Source of the DNA: Vulcanimicrobiota bacterium
GTDB lineage: Bacteria > Vulcanimicrobiota > Vulcanimicrobiia > Vulcanimicrobiales > Vulcanimicrobiaceae
Assembly: GCA_963714015.1 (NCBI GenBank)
Contig: OY970223.1
Location: forward strand, 1,088,001-1,152,000
Direction of reading: 5' to 3'
DNA length: 64,000 bases
Position 1 is the first letter of the stretch, and each line of letters begins with the position of its first letter. Below, piece by piece: positions 20,772 to 30,479 of the stretch. Under the pieces are notes generated by a model, which did no database searches, was not told the origin of the DNA, and was given only the letters and a program-made list of their open reading frames with translations. Both the position numbers and the translations under genes were made by a program.

Positions 20772-21962
20772 CTAAACGGAGACTGCTTGGCGTAAGGTCA
20801 GGTATTCGTCGTCGGCGGGGATCGTGTGATAGTTCGCCATCGATGCAATGAGTGCGGCGATACGGCGGGAGCTGCGTTTAGGCGCCACGAGCTCTTGGTT
20901 GCGCCGCATGTTTTCGAGGAGACCCGGATTCTTCACGAGACGCTCGACCGCGCGGCGTACTTCCGCGGCGCTGCTCAGTGCGACTAGGCCGATGCCGTTG
21001 CTGCGAACGAATTCGACGTTGCCGCGTTCCTGACCCGGAACGTAGTCATACACGACGAGGGGAAGCTGCGCGGCGTTGGCTTCGGCAAGCGAGCCGGGTC
21101 CCGCTTTGGTGACGAGCAGATCCGCTGCGCGCATCAGCTCCGGAATCTTGTCCGTAAAGCCGAGCGGAGTCATCGGCGTAGGCAGCGTGGGCGCCAAGTC
21201 TTCCAATTTCATCCGCAGCGCCTCGTTGCGTCCGCACACGACGACCAGATGAATCGGTAAGCGAGATTTCGCGAGCGCCATCGTCGTGGTCATTAATTTG
21301 CCGCCGCCCTCACCTCCCGCCATCAGCAGCGCAACGAACGTCTGTTGGGGCAATCCCAGACTGCGGCGCAGATCTTCCTTGCTCCCGACGACGTCGTCGA
21401 ATTTCGGATGGATGGGCTGTCCCAGCATGCGCAGGCGTGACGGAAGGACGCCTCGTGAAAGTGCGCGTTCGTAGACTTCGCGCGCCGGCACGACGACCGC
21501 GTCCGCTTCCGGCGTCAGCCACGATTCGTGCACCTTGCCTAGGTCGGTGATCACCGTGATGATCGGAATCCGCTGCATTTTGGCGTCGGCCCGCGCGCGT
21601 AAGGCAGCGTGGTTGAGCAGCGGGTGGACCGAAACGATGACGTCGGGGCGATAGTTCGTGAAGAGGTCGCGCAGGCGTTCGCGATAGAGGGGCTCGCAAA
21701 AACGCACCAATGCCTTGTAGCGGCGGCGGCCGTTCGTCGCATAGTAGAGCGCGCCGTAAACCGGCGGCGCGTAGCGCAGGGCCGTGGAGTATCCCCAACC
21801 GAGTTGGGTGAGCGGAAAAGAGCAGTGCGCTGCGACGTCGTCTATGCGGTGCTCGAACGAACTGGGCTCTTTGATCTCATCCAGCGCGGCCGTAATCGCG
21901 TTGGCCGCACTGCGGTGCCCGCCCCCGGTGTCGGAGATCAGAAAGAGCGCTCGTTTGGTCAA
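20772..21962 (-). CDS. MGDG-synthase/UgtP-like diacylglycerol glycosyltransferase (GT28)
   Basis: SDTGGGHRSAA, PDVIVSVHP, VITD, GGEG, VCGRN, TKAGPG, PGQERGN. Confidence 0.9.
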   Translation of the reverse strand: MTKRALFLISDTGGGHRSAANAITAALDEIKEPSSFEHRIDDVAAHCSFPLTQLGWGYSTALRYAPPVYGALYYATNGRRRYKALVRFCEPLYRERLRDLFTNYRPDVIVSVHPLLNHAALRARADAKMQRIPIITVITDLGKVHESWLTPEADAVVVPAREVYERALSRGVLPSRLRMLGQPIHPKFDDVVGSKEDLRRSLGLPQQTFVALLMAGGEGGGKLMTTTMALAKSRLPIHLVVVCGRNEALRMKLEDLAPTLPTPMTPLGFTDKIPELMRAADLLVTKAGPGSLAEANAAQLPLVVYDYVPGQERGNVEFVRSNGIGLVALSSAAEVRRAVERLVKNPGLLENMRRNQELVAPKRSSRRIAALIASMANYHTIPADDEYLTLRQAVSV

Positions 21963-22494
21963 ATCCGTACCTCGATGCCGGTCCTCGCCCGACTTGCTGG
22001 GGGCGCAGCCACCGTTTGATTATGCCCCGCGTCGGGGCGAGTTTGGTCAAAAGTGCCCGAGCAGGGGCGTCATAAAACCGGAAAATGTCGCCAAACTCAA
22101 CGTCGGGGTTTCGGTGGTGGCCGTCGTGGTCCTCGGGCAGCACGATCGCCAGCGGACGCAAGAGAGCGCTCACCCACTTCGGAGTCTTCCACCCCAAGTC
22201 CGTCGTATGTCGCCACCAAACGTGAAGTTGTCCCAGCGCGAGACCCGCCAAAGCACCCTGCCAAGACATGCGCCAAACAAGAGCTGCTGCAATCAGATAC
22301 GGCAACGCCCCGAGCAGGCCGTCGAGCAAGACGCAAGGATCCATCGAGAGCACGGCATGATCCCAAAACGGCCTGCGCCGATCGTGATGCGTGCGCAAAT
22401 GAAGCGTGAACCATAGGTGCTGCGGTAGGTGATAGAAGAACGTCGAGCCGAAGTCGCCTGCCGCGAGGACGATCAACGCTGCGAGTAAGGGCAT
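21877..22494 (-). CDS. Fatty acid hydroxylase/sterol desaturase superfamily protein
   Basis: His boxes HLPQH, HLRTHH, HVWWRH, HDGHH. Confidence 0.8.
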   Translation of the reverse strand: MPLLAALIVLAAGDFGSTFFYHLPQHLWFTLHLRTHHDRRRPFWDHAVLSMDPCVLLDGLLGALPYLIAAALVWRMSWQGALAGLALGQLHVWWRHTTDLGWKTPKWVSALLRPLAIVLPEDHDGHHRNPDVEFGDIFRFYDAPARALLTKLAPTRGIIKRWLRPQQVGRGPASRYGFDQTSALSDLRHRGRAPQCGQRDYGRAG

Positions 22495-22514
22495 TCGCTA
22501 TTTTCTTTCTCGGT

Positions 22515-23163
22515 TTGTGCGCGTGTACGCCGGTAACTTACCGCCACAACAATACCACGGTGTACATACCCTACGTCGTTAACGCTGCCTTAAGCTGGCA
22601 TTCGCCAGGCTATGCGGATGTGATTGCGGGTATGCGCCTTTTGCGCGACGGACCTCCGACCGCGAGCGTTACTCTTGCAATCACGCGCGCCATCCTGCAT
22701 ACGAACCCGCGAATTGCGCCTACGGATGCGCTGCAGCTCTGCAGCTGCCGCGGTGCGCGCGGCGCGCGCAAATGCGCTGCCGCCGGAGTTTCTCGCCGCG
22801 GCGCTGCTGCAGGAGTCCGCATTCGATCCTTGGGCCATCTCGTCCGCCGGAGCAGTGGGCATCGCGCAATTCATGCCGTACACTGCCGCCGGTGAGGCGG
22901 TGAATCCGTTCGATCCATTTTCGTCAATCGACGGCGCGGCGCGGCTGCTCTCGTCTTACCTGATCGCTTATTCCGGAGTGTACGCGAACCCGTACGCGGC
23001 CGCACTGGCGGCATACAATGCCGGTCCCGGTGCGGTGCAAGCATATGGCGGCGTGCCTCCGTACCCTGAAACGCGCGCGTACATTGCCGACATCGTCGAC
23101 CGGTGGGCCCAGATCGCCGGTTACGAGCGCCCCGCGCGGGAAATGGATGCATCCGGCGAATGA
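22515..23163 (+). CDS. Lytic transglycosylase (SLT domain), probable lipoprotein; apparent frameshift at about 22739
   Basis: QESAFDP.AISSAGAVGIAQFMP, AAYNAGPGAV, GVPPYPET; start uncertain. Confidence 0.8.
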
Positions 23164-23170
23164 CGTGCGG

Positions 23171-23671
23171 ATGAACGTGCGATCTCGTTTGACAAGCGCG
23201 ATCCTTTGCGCTTTGACGCTCTCGAGCTGCGGAAGCCCGGCGGCGGATATCAACTTTGCTGCGCCCGGCGCCGGCTGGACCGCCACGCCGGCGATTTTAG
23301 GGCGCACGCAGATCTGGATGAAGAACGAGCCCAATTCCAACACTCACGATTCGCTGGTCATCCTCGTGCGCGGCGTAGGACAAAGCCAGAACTTTCTCAA
23401 TAGCCCGGGCGTGAGCTCCACCGGATCGCGAATTCTCAAACAACGGCAGACGAAAATTTGCGGCAATCAGCCCGCCGAGTACGTGCTCGCAACCGGAAAG
23501 TACAACGGCGTGGCTTCGGGCGGCTCGACCGGAAAGCCGGCGACGTTCGAAGCGTACCTCTCGACGGTGCGTGACGTGCGGTACATGGCGATTTACATTC
23601 ATCCGCAAAATCAGCCTGCGGACGAGCAGGCCGAGACGGCGATCCGATCCCTCTGTCCTAAAACCTCGTAG
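23171..23671 (+). CDS. Hypothetical lipoprotein
   Basis: LSSC lipobox. Confidence 0.65.
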   Translation: MNVRSRLTSAILCALTLSSCGSPAADINFAAPGAGWTATPAILGRTQIWMKNEPNSNTHDSLVILVRGVGQSQNFLNSPGVSSTGSRILKQRQTKICGNQPAEYVLATGKYNGVASGGSTGKPATFEAYLSTVRDVRYMAIYIHPQNQPADEQAETAIRSLCPKTS

Positions 23672-23678
23672 TTTCCCA

Positions 23679-25085
23679 GTGGCGAGCATTCTTCGGCGGC
23701 TGATCGCGCGCCAGCCGCTCGAGTGGACGCTGCCCGAAGACGAAGGGCCCAAACTGCGGCGCGCGCTGGGCTGGCCCGGACTCACGGCAATCGGTCTGGG
23801 CACGATGCTCGGGGGAATCTTTCCGACGATCGGCGCGGGTGCGCATGCGGCCGGCCCCGGCGTGGTGCTCGCATTCGTGCTCTCGGGAGTCGTGAGTTTA
23901 TTCGTTGCGCTCTGCTACGCTGAATTCGCATCGATGGTTCCCGTTGCGGGCAGCGCGTACACGTACGCTTACGCGACGCTCGGTGAATTGGTTGCGTGGA
24001 TCATCGGCTGGGATTTAATCCTCGAATACGGCTTGTCCGTTGCGCCTACCGCCTCGTCGTGGTCCGATTACCTGCAGCACCTGCTCGCGAACGCGGGAGT
24101 CTATCTGCCGGTGCAGATGCAAACCGCACATTTGCTCGGAGCGCATCCGCAGTTCGATCTCCTCGCGGCGCTCTTCTCGCTCGCGGTCGCCGTACTGGTC
24201 GCAATCGGAATTCGTGAATCGGCGAACGTGAACGGCGCGCTCGTCGTCTTTCAAATTGCGACCATGCTGACGTTCTTTGCGGCGGTAGGCGGGTCCGTGC
24301 ATCCGGCAAATCTGCATCCGTTCGCCCCGTTTGGATGGAACGGCATCCTTGCGAGCACCGCGCTCGTGTTCTTTGCCTATATCGGCTTCGATACAGTCAC
24401 AGTGGCTTCTGAAGAGGCGGTGAATCCGGTCCGCGACGTGCCCATCGGAATCATGCTGGCACTGGCAATCGGCGCTCTGCTCTACGGTGCGCTCGCGTAC
24501 GTAACTGTGGGCACGGTTCCGTATGCAAGGTTGAGTGAAGGCGCCGCCATGCTCGACGCGGTTGGTGCTTCCCATGCAAGTCGCGCAATTTATTGGATCG
24601 TCGCGCTGGGCGGTCTGGCCGGCAATACGACCGTGATGGTGACGTCGCTGCTCGGCCAAATTCGAATCTTTTACGTAATGGCGCGCGACCGAATGCTGCC
24701 GCCGGGTATCGCCCGCGTTCATCCGCGATTCCGCACGCCCGCTCGCATGACGATGATCACCGGTGTTATCGTGGCAGCGTTGGCCGCGGTCTTGCCGCTT
24801 TCGGCGCTGCTGGAATTGGTGAACATCGGCACGCTGGCGGCCTTTGCGATCGTCTGCGCAGGCGTACTCGTGCTGCGCATCGTCGAGCCGCATGCCAAGC
24901 GCCCGTTCCGCGCACCGCTGGGCCCGGTGATAACGGTTCTAGGCGCCGCCGCGTGCTGCTACTTGATATCGGGGCTTTCGCACGTCACCTGGATACGCTT
25001 CGTCGTTTGGTTTGTTATCGGAGTGATTGTGTACGCGGCGTACGGATATCACCGGTCACGTCTGCGCGCACTGGCTGCCGGCTGA
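23679..25085 (+). CDS. APC-family amino acid permease
   Basis: LCYAEFASMVPVAGSAYTY, FFAYIGFD, RIFYVMARD, LVNIGTL. Confidence 0.92.
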   Translation: MASILRRLIARQPLEWTLPEDEGPKLRRALGWPGLTAIGLGTMLGGIFPTIGAGAHAAGPGVVLAFVLSGVVSLFVALCYAEFASMVPVAGSAYTYAYATLGELVAWIIGWDLILEYGLSVAPTASSWSDYLQHLLANAGVYLPVQMQTAHLLGAHPQFDLLAALFSLAVAVLVAIGIRESANVNGALVVFQIATMLTFFAAVGGSVHPANLHPFAPFGWNGILASTALVFFAYIGFDTVTVASEEAVNPVRDVPIGIMLALAIGALLYGALAYVTVGTVPYARLSEGAAMLDAVGASHASRAIYWIVALGGLAGNTTVMVTSLLGQIRIFYVMARDRMLPPGIARVHPRFRTPARMTMITGVIVAALAAVLPLSALLELVNIGTLAAFAIVCAGVLVLRIVEPHAKRPFRAPLGPVITVLGAAACCYLISGLSHVTWIRFVVWFVIGVIVYAAYGYHRSRLRALAAG

Positions 25086-25842
25086 AGATGTCCTTGAGGA
25101 ACATTCGCACCAGGTCCCACGAATCGGCGACGGCATGTGCGATCGCTTCGTCCGAGTAGCGATGGTGTTCGACCACGGCTTCAGGGCGTCCGTGCCGGAA
25201 GAATGAATGTCCGACTTGCGGATAAATCTGCATCCGGAATTCCGCGCCGGCGTTTTGCAGAGCCGTTTCCATGCGCCCCATATCGAAACGTGAGACGTAG
25301 TAGTCCTGTTCGCCGAAAACGAGCAGCAGCGGGATTTTTAGGTCTGCCGCGCGCTCTATCGGTGCTTCGCCGCCGGCCGGCAGCGGCGCCATGACGTTGC
25401 CCGGATAGAAACAGATCGCTCCGCTCAATTCCGTGACATCACCCGCGACGAATGCGCCGGTGGCGCCGAACCCAAATCCCCACGTCGCATACTTTCCCGG
25501 CCGCACGAACGGCTGCTGTGAAAGCCAGTCGATCGCAGCACGGACGTCCGCACTCATATTCGCGCCTGTAACGTTCGCCGCTGCGGCGAAGGCTCTCGCG
25601 CTGCCTTCTTCCGTGTAGGATTCACTCAAGCTTGGGTTCGTGCGATGGTAGTAATCGATGGCTAGTCCCACGTAACCGATCGAGGCCAAAAGATCGGTCA
25701 CTCGCCGAACCTCGGGCGTCAAACCGAAGACCTCCTGAAGGACGATGACTGCGGGATGCGATCCCGAGTCCTCTTCGGGCCTGGCTACATACCCCGCCAT
25801 CTGCGTTCCATCAACGGAAATAGAGACATCCCGGCCGATCAT
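25015..25842 (-). CDS. Dienelactone hydrolase family protein
   Basis: VLQEVFGL, GFGFGA in place of GFCxGG, FGEQD, VGHSF. Confidence 0.85.
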   Translation of the reverse strand: MIGRDVSISVDGTQMAGYVARPEEDSGSHPAVIVLQEVFGLTPEVRRVTDLLASIGYVGLAIDYYHRTNPSLSESYTEEGSARAFAAAANVTGANMSADVRAAIDWLSQQPFVRPGKYATWGFGFGATGAFVAGDVTELSGAICFYPGNVMAPLPAGGEAPIERAADLKIPLLLVFGEQDYYVSRFDMGRMETALQNAGAEFRMQIYPQVGHSFFRHGRPEAVVEHHRYSDEAIAHAVADSWDLVRMFLKDIFSRQPVRADVTGDIRTPRTQSLR

Positions 25843-25949
25843 GATTTGGCCCTCCCGCGTGGAATATACCCCGCCCCGGGGGCGGCCTAGCATCCCCGGC
25901 GCCGTCGGGCGGTGTTCTGGGTAAGAGCCCGCCAAGGAGTCGCTAACAA

Positions 25950-26948
25950 ATGAGCGCGATTACGCTTAGCCCGTCGAAACGCCTCGAGATTATCGCCGGG
26001 CCCAAACCGCAGGCGGTCGCGACGTTTTCGAGCGACGTCCGCGCCGGGTTGACCGCTTCGCCGAAGCGCTTACCCTCGAAGTACTTCTACGACGGATTGG
26101 GGTCGGCGCTGTTCGACGCCATCACGCTGCTGCCCGAGTACTATTTGACGCGCGCCGAGACGCAGATCTTGCGCGAGTGGGGCTGGGAGATGGTGCGGGC
26201 ACTCGGCAATCCGGTCGAGTTCGTCGAACTGGGCAGCGGCAGCGCCGTCAAAACCCGGATCTTAATCGAAGAAGCCCTGCGCGTGCAGCGCAGTTTGCGG
26301 TATTCGCCCATCGACATCTCGCCTGAAGCGTTGCGCGCATCGGCGCAGTCCCTCGTCGAAAGCTACGAGACGTTGACGGTCTCGGCCTACGCAGCGGACT
26401 ATTTCTCCATTTTGGCGGATGGGATGCTCAAGCGCAGCGGCCGCGTTCTGGCGATGTTCATGGGATCCAACATCGGCAATTACGAACCGCGTGAAGCCCG
26501 CGACTTGCTGCGCGCCATCGCCGCATGGCTCAAAAAAGGCGACGGCCTGCTGGTCGGCATGGATTTGAAGAAAGATCCGGCCGCGCTCAAAGTGGCATAC
26601 GACGATCCCACCGGCGTCACGTCGGCGTTCAACAAGAACTTGCTCGGGCGGATCAACCGCGAGCTCGGCGGCCGGTTCGATCTCGACGACTTCCGGCACG
26701 TGGTCAATTACGACAAAAACTCGGGGTGCGTGCGATCGGACCTGCAGGCACAGCGCGCCCACAGCGTTCGCATCGAAACGCTCGATCTAACTGTTCCGTT
26801 TCGCAAAGGCGAACGGGTCCATACGGAGTCGTCGTACAAGTTCTCGGCCGAAGATATCGCTGCGCTGGCCGACGATTGCGGTCTCACCCTGACGCGCTCG
26901 TGGGTTGACGCGCAGAAGCGCTTTAGCGTCAATCTACTCCTGCGTTAA
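25950..26948 (+). CDS. egtD: L-histidine N-alpha-methyltransferase
   Basis: PSKYFYD..GS.LFDAIT.LPEYYLTRAE, ELGSG, GSNIGN, AYDDPTGVTSAFN, HTESSYKF. Confidence 0.92.
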   Translation: MSAITLSPSKRLEIIAGPKPQAVATFSSDVRAGLTASPKRLPSKYFYDGLGSALFDAITLLPEYYLTRAETQILREWGWEMVRALGNPVEFVELGSGSAVKTRILIEEALRVQRSLRYSPIDISPEALRASAQSLVESYETLTVSAYAADYFSILADGMLKRSGRVLAMFMGSNIGNYEPREARDLLRAIAAWLKKGDGLLVGMDLKKDPAALKVAYDDPTGVTSAFNKNLLGRINRELGGRFDLDDFRHVVNYDKNSGCVRSDLQAQRAHSVRIETLDLTVPFRKGERVHTESSYKFSAEDIAALADDCGLTLTRSWVDAQKRFSVNLLLR

Positions 26949-26977
26949 GCCGCCCTTACGTCCTTGGAGGTAACCAT

Positions 26978-27406
26978 ATGCTAGCCGAACTTTCCATGGC
27001 CGCCGGTCTTTTCGCGCAGACTTTCTCCGGTTCGTGGACCTGTCATAGTCAAGGGACGGACGTGCCGTGGAGCATCGCTTATGCGCCCGGGTCGAACTGG
27101 ACGACCGTACGCTGGAGCGATCAATCTTCCGATCGCGGCGGCATCGCCTACGTCGGTTACATTCCGGCCCTCAGGCACTGGATCTACGAAGACTTTCACT
27201 ACGATGGTTCTTATGCCGTCAATACGTCGGACGGTCCCCAAAACGGAACGTGGACCTGGGAAGGGACGTTCTATACCGGTGAGCGCACGATGCACGGACG
27301 CATCTTGTGGAAGCTTTCATCACCTGCGCGCATCGATCGCACGTTCATGGTGCTTGCCGGCGGCAAGGCCACACCTTCGGGCGCGGACTACTGCACGAAA
27401 AACTAG
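26978..27406 (+). CDS. Hypothetical Trp-rich beta-barrel-like protein
   Basis: SD GGAGG; FSGSWTC...YC pattern. Confidence 0.6.
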   Translation: MLAELSMAAGLFAQTFSGSWTCHSQGTDVPWSIAYAPGSNWTTVRWSDQSSDRGGIAYVGYIPALRHWIYEDFHYDGSYAVNTSDGPQNGTWTWEGTFYTGERTMHGRILWKLSSPARIDRTFMVLAGGKATPSGADYCTKN

Positions 27407-27412
27407 AAACGG

Positions 27413-28033
27413 CTAAGCCGTGCGCCGGCGTACCGCCCCTTCGATCGCGCGCAAGAGCAAGTCTGCGGCAATTGCCAAGAGCGCGGCCGGAACGCTTCCG
27501 GCCAGGGTTTCTGCAACGTACTGACGCTCGAGACCGAAGAATATCTCCGTCCCCAATCCTCCCGCTCCCGCGTAACCGCCGAGCGTCGCGATCGCGATCA
27601 GCGCGACTGTCGCCAGCCGCAAACCGCCCAAAAATACCGGCGCGGCCAACGGTACCTGCACGCGAATGAACGACTGACGCTCCGACATTCCGAGCCCGCG
27701 CGCCGCATCGATCTGGTCGCTCGGCACGCCGTTTAAACCCACGGCGATCGCGCGCACCAGCATGAATTGCGCGTACGCCGCAAGGACGAGCACTACGGGC
27801 CAGAAGCCAAGCCCCAAATAGCGCACTGCAAGAGCGAGAAGCGCAAGCGACGGTATCGTGTATATCACGCCCGCGCCGCCGAAGACGATTGGCGCGGTCC
27901 TCGCGTTTTTAGCCGCTGCAATTCCCGCCGGTATCGCGATCAGCAGTGCGATCGAGAGCGCCGCAGCAACCAGCTCTACGTGCTGAAGGGTCAGCGCTCC
28001 GATGAACCGGAGGTGACCCAGCGCGTAGCTCAC
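27413..28033 (-). CDS. Osmoprotectant-type ABC transporter permease
   Basis: YTIPSLAL, DAARGLGMS (EAA motif), GAGGLG. Confidence 0.9.
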   Translation of the reverse strand: MSYALGHLRFIGALTLQHVELVAAALSIALLIAIPAGIAAAKNARTAPIVFGGAGVIYTIPSLALLALAVRYLGLGFWPVVLVLAAYAQFMLVRAIAVGLNGVPSDQIDAARGLGMSERQSFIRVQVPLAAPVFLGGLRLATVALIAIATLGGYAGAGGLGTEIFFGLERQYVAETLAGSVPAALLAIAADLLLRAIEGAVRRRTA

Positions 28034-28983
28034 CGGCACAGAACCCGGCGCACGTCGTCGAATTCCAGCACACCGTGCGAGGTGCCGTTGCTCTTCACAC
28101 ACAGACGCTGCGCGCCGGTCAAGAAGCAGTTGAGCGCCTCTCGCAGCGTTGCGCTCTCGGCGATTTCCGCGTCGCACGCCGCGTTATCGTCCTGACGCAT
28201 CGCCTCGTTCACGAACAACAGCCCGAGGCGACGCACGCGATCGCGCGCGCCCAGAAGATCTTCCACGTAGCGGTCTGCCGGCCGGCTGAGGATTGCGAGC
28301 GGCGTGTCGTATTGAACGACGACTCCGTCCCGCATCACGACGATACGGTCGGCCAAGCGCAATGCCTCGTCGACGTCGTGCGTGACGAAGAGGATCGTCG
28401 TTCGAAGCGTGCGCGCAATCCGCAACGTTTCATCCTGCAAGGCAGTGCGCACGATCGCATCGACGGCGCCGAAAGGCTCGTCCATAAGCAGTACGGCAGG
28501 CTGAGCGGCAAGCGCGCGGGCAACGCCGACGCGCTGCTGTTCCCCGCCGGAAAGCTCGCGCGGAAAGCGGCTCCGGTAGCGCTGCGGCTCCAAATTGACG
28601 AGCGCGAGCAGTTCGTCGACGCGCGCATCGATACGCGCCGTATTCCATCCAAGCAGCGACGGAACGGTAGCGACGTTCTCCGCAACGGTCATGTGGGAGA
28701 ACAGTCCTACGGCTTGAATGACGTAACCGATTCCGCGCCGCAGCGCGATCGGATCTTGCGAGGCGACGTCGCTCTCGCCGATCAGTACCCTGCCTGCGCA
28801 TGGCGTCACCAAACGATTGACCGTCCGCAGCAGCGTACTCTTCCCGCACCCGGAAGGGCCCAGCAGTACGGTGAAACTGCCGGCAGGAACCTCGAGCGAG
28901 ACGCCGTTTACGGCATTGCGATCGGCGCCCGGATACCGGACGGCGATGTCTTCAAATCGAACGAAGGAACTGGGCTGCGGCAT
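28030..28983 (-). CDS. Osmoprotectant-type ABC transporter ATPase
   Basis: GPSGCGKS, LSGGEQQRV, LMDEPF, VTHD. Confidence 0.93.
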   Translation of the reverse strand: MPQPSSFVRFEDIAVRYPGADRNAVNGVSLEVPAGSFTVLLGPSGCGKSTLLRTVNRLVTPCAGRVLIGESDVASQDPIALRRGIGYVIQAVGLFSHMTVAENVATVPSLLGWNTARIDARVDELLALVNLEPQRYRSRFPRELSGGEQQRVGVARALAAQPAVLLMDEPFGAVDAIVRTALQDETLRIARTLRTTILFVTHDVDEALRLADRIVVMRDGVVVQYDTPLAILSRPADRYVEDLLGARDRVRRLGLLFVNEAMRQDDNAACDAEIAESATLREALNCFLTGAQRLCVKSNGTSHGVLEFDDVRRVLCR

Positions 28984-29830
28984 CGGTGGGATCCATCTTT
29001 TGCAAATCCACCTGCTGATTGAGACGGCGGACTGCAGCGTCGGTCAGATGCGGAGCGATCCGGTTCAGTACGGAAGCGATCCGCGTATTCGTCCGAAGCA
29101 CTTGCGCGCGAACCACCGGAGCGATGTTGTACGGAGGCCAGAAATGCCGGTCGTCTTCGAGCACGACGAAATCGTTCGAGACGAGCTGCGCATCCGTCGT
29201 GAAGGCCGTCGCGACGTCGGCACTTCCGCCGGTAAGCGCGGCGTACTGCAGTCCGATCGCATACGAGGCGACGCTCTTGAAGTTGAATCCCCCGTAGTAC
29301 TTCTGCAATCCGGGCAGCGCGTCCGCGCGTGCAAGAAACTCCGGAATGGCGGCAAACCGGAGCTGCGGCGCGAGTCGCGCACACTGCGAGAGCGTCCGCA
29401 AATTGTAGCGGCCGGAAACGGCGCGCGTCGTGGCGATGCCTTGTGAGTCGTTCGCGGGTGAGGGCGAAAGCCACAGCAGATCGTAGCGTTTGCGATACTC
29501 GCTGCGCACGCGCGTGAGGAGGGCGGCGGCGTCCCGCATCGGCGGGAGGTGAAGAACGTCGATGAGTGCGGTTCCCGTGTACTCGGGATAGACGTCGATG
29601 TCCGCGCGCAACATTGCTTCCGTTGCGATCTGCGTGCTTCCCAAATTCATGTGCCGTTCGACCGTCAATCCCACGCCTTCTAAAGCAGCCGCGTAGATTT
29701 CCGCAACGACGATGTCCTCGGTAAAATTCTTCGATCCGACGCGTATGACACCCGGTCGGCGTGAGGAGCAGGACGGCAGCGCTCCGGCGGCCAGCATCAG
29801 CGCGATCGCGGTCTTTCGATTAAGGCTCAA
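28952..29830 (-). CDS. Betaine/OpuCC-type substrate-binding lipoprotein
   Basis: TTG start, lipobox-like LPSC, GSKNFTE, YPEYTGT, DDRHFWPPY. Confidence 0.85.
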   Translation of the reverse strand: MSLNRKTAIALMLAAGALPSCSSRRPGVIRVGSKNFTEDIVVAEIYAAALEGVGLTVERHMNLGSTQIATEAMLRADIDVYPEYTGTALIDVLHLPPMRDAAALLTRVRSEYRKRYDLLWLSPSPANDSQGIATTRAVSGRYNLRTLSQCARLAPQLRFAAIPEFLARADALPGLQKYYGGFNFKSVASYAIGLQYAALTGGSADVATAFTTDAQLVSNDFVVLEDDRHFWPPYNIAPVVRAQVLRTNTRIASVLNRIAPHLTDAAVRRLNQQVDLQKMDPTDAAAQFLRSI

Positions 29831-30433
29831 CGGGCGTGCGTCCTCATGCGCGAAGCAGCAGACTGCGAGTGCAAATTCGGTGAGCAATGCCAGCGCCGCG
29901 ACGGCGATTGCTCCGGTCCATAGTTGAGCGGGGACGTTCGCCTGCAGCCCGCTCTGAATATAGTCGCCCAGGCCGCCGGCGCCGATGAAGGACGCCAGCA
30001 CGGCGCTCGCCACGACCTCCGTGGCCGCGGTGCGAATCCCGGAGAAGACGACCGGAAACGCGAGCGGCCACTCGACCCGCACGAAGGTTTGTGCGCTTGT
30101 CATCCCCATGCCGCGGGCGACGTCCCTCGCTGCCGCCGGGACACCGCGCAGCGCCACGTCAGTCGTGATGACGATCGGCGCGACCGCGAGCAGCGTTATC
30201 GCCGCCAGCGCCGGCAAGAAGCCAACGCCGAAGAGCGGCAGCATGAACGTAAGCAGCGCGAGCGAGGGTACCACGCGCCCCAAGTTCGCCGCTCCCAGAA
30301 TCAACCCCCGAAGCGCAGGAAGGCGAGCGGCAAGAACGCCGAGCGGAACGCCGGCGGCACAACCGGCGGCAAGCGCAGTCGCGGCCAATTCGACATACTG
30401 CCGCACGTGAATCAGAAAATCGGGCCAATCCAT
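29827..30433 (-). CDS. Osmoprotectant-type ABC permease (a +1 error at about 29862 fuses it to the binding protein)
   Basis: VPSLALL, DVARGMGM, GAGGLG; removing one base gives ...SRMRTHAR-stop with a TTGA overlap. Confidence 0.85.
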
Positions 30434-30479
30434 GAGGTCCCCTAGCATTTCCGCGCAGGCCGGCGAATCCCACGCCCTT

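Noticed and set aside
28952..30448. Apparent EgtU-like permease/binding-protein fusion (498-aa ORF)
   Set aside because: The junction contains a lipoprotein signal peptide and an AG[A]CT insertion; removing one base gives two genes with a TTGA overlap
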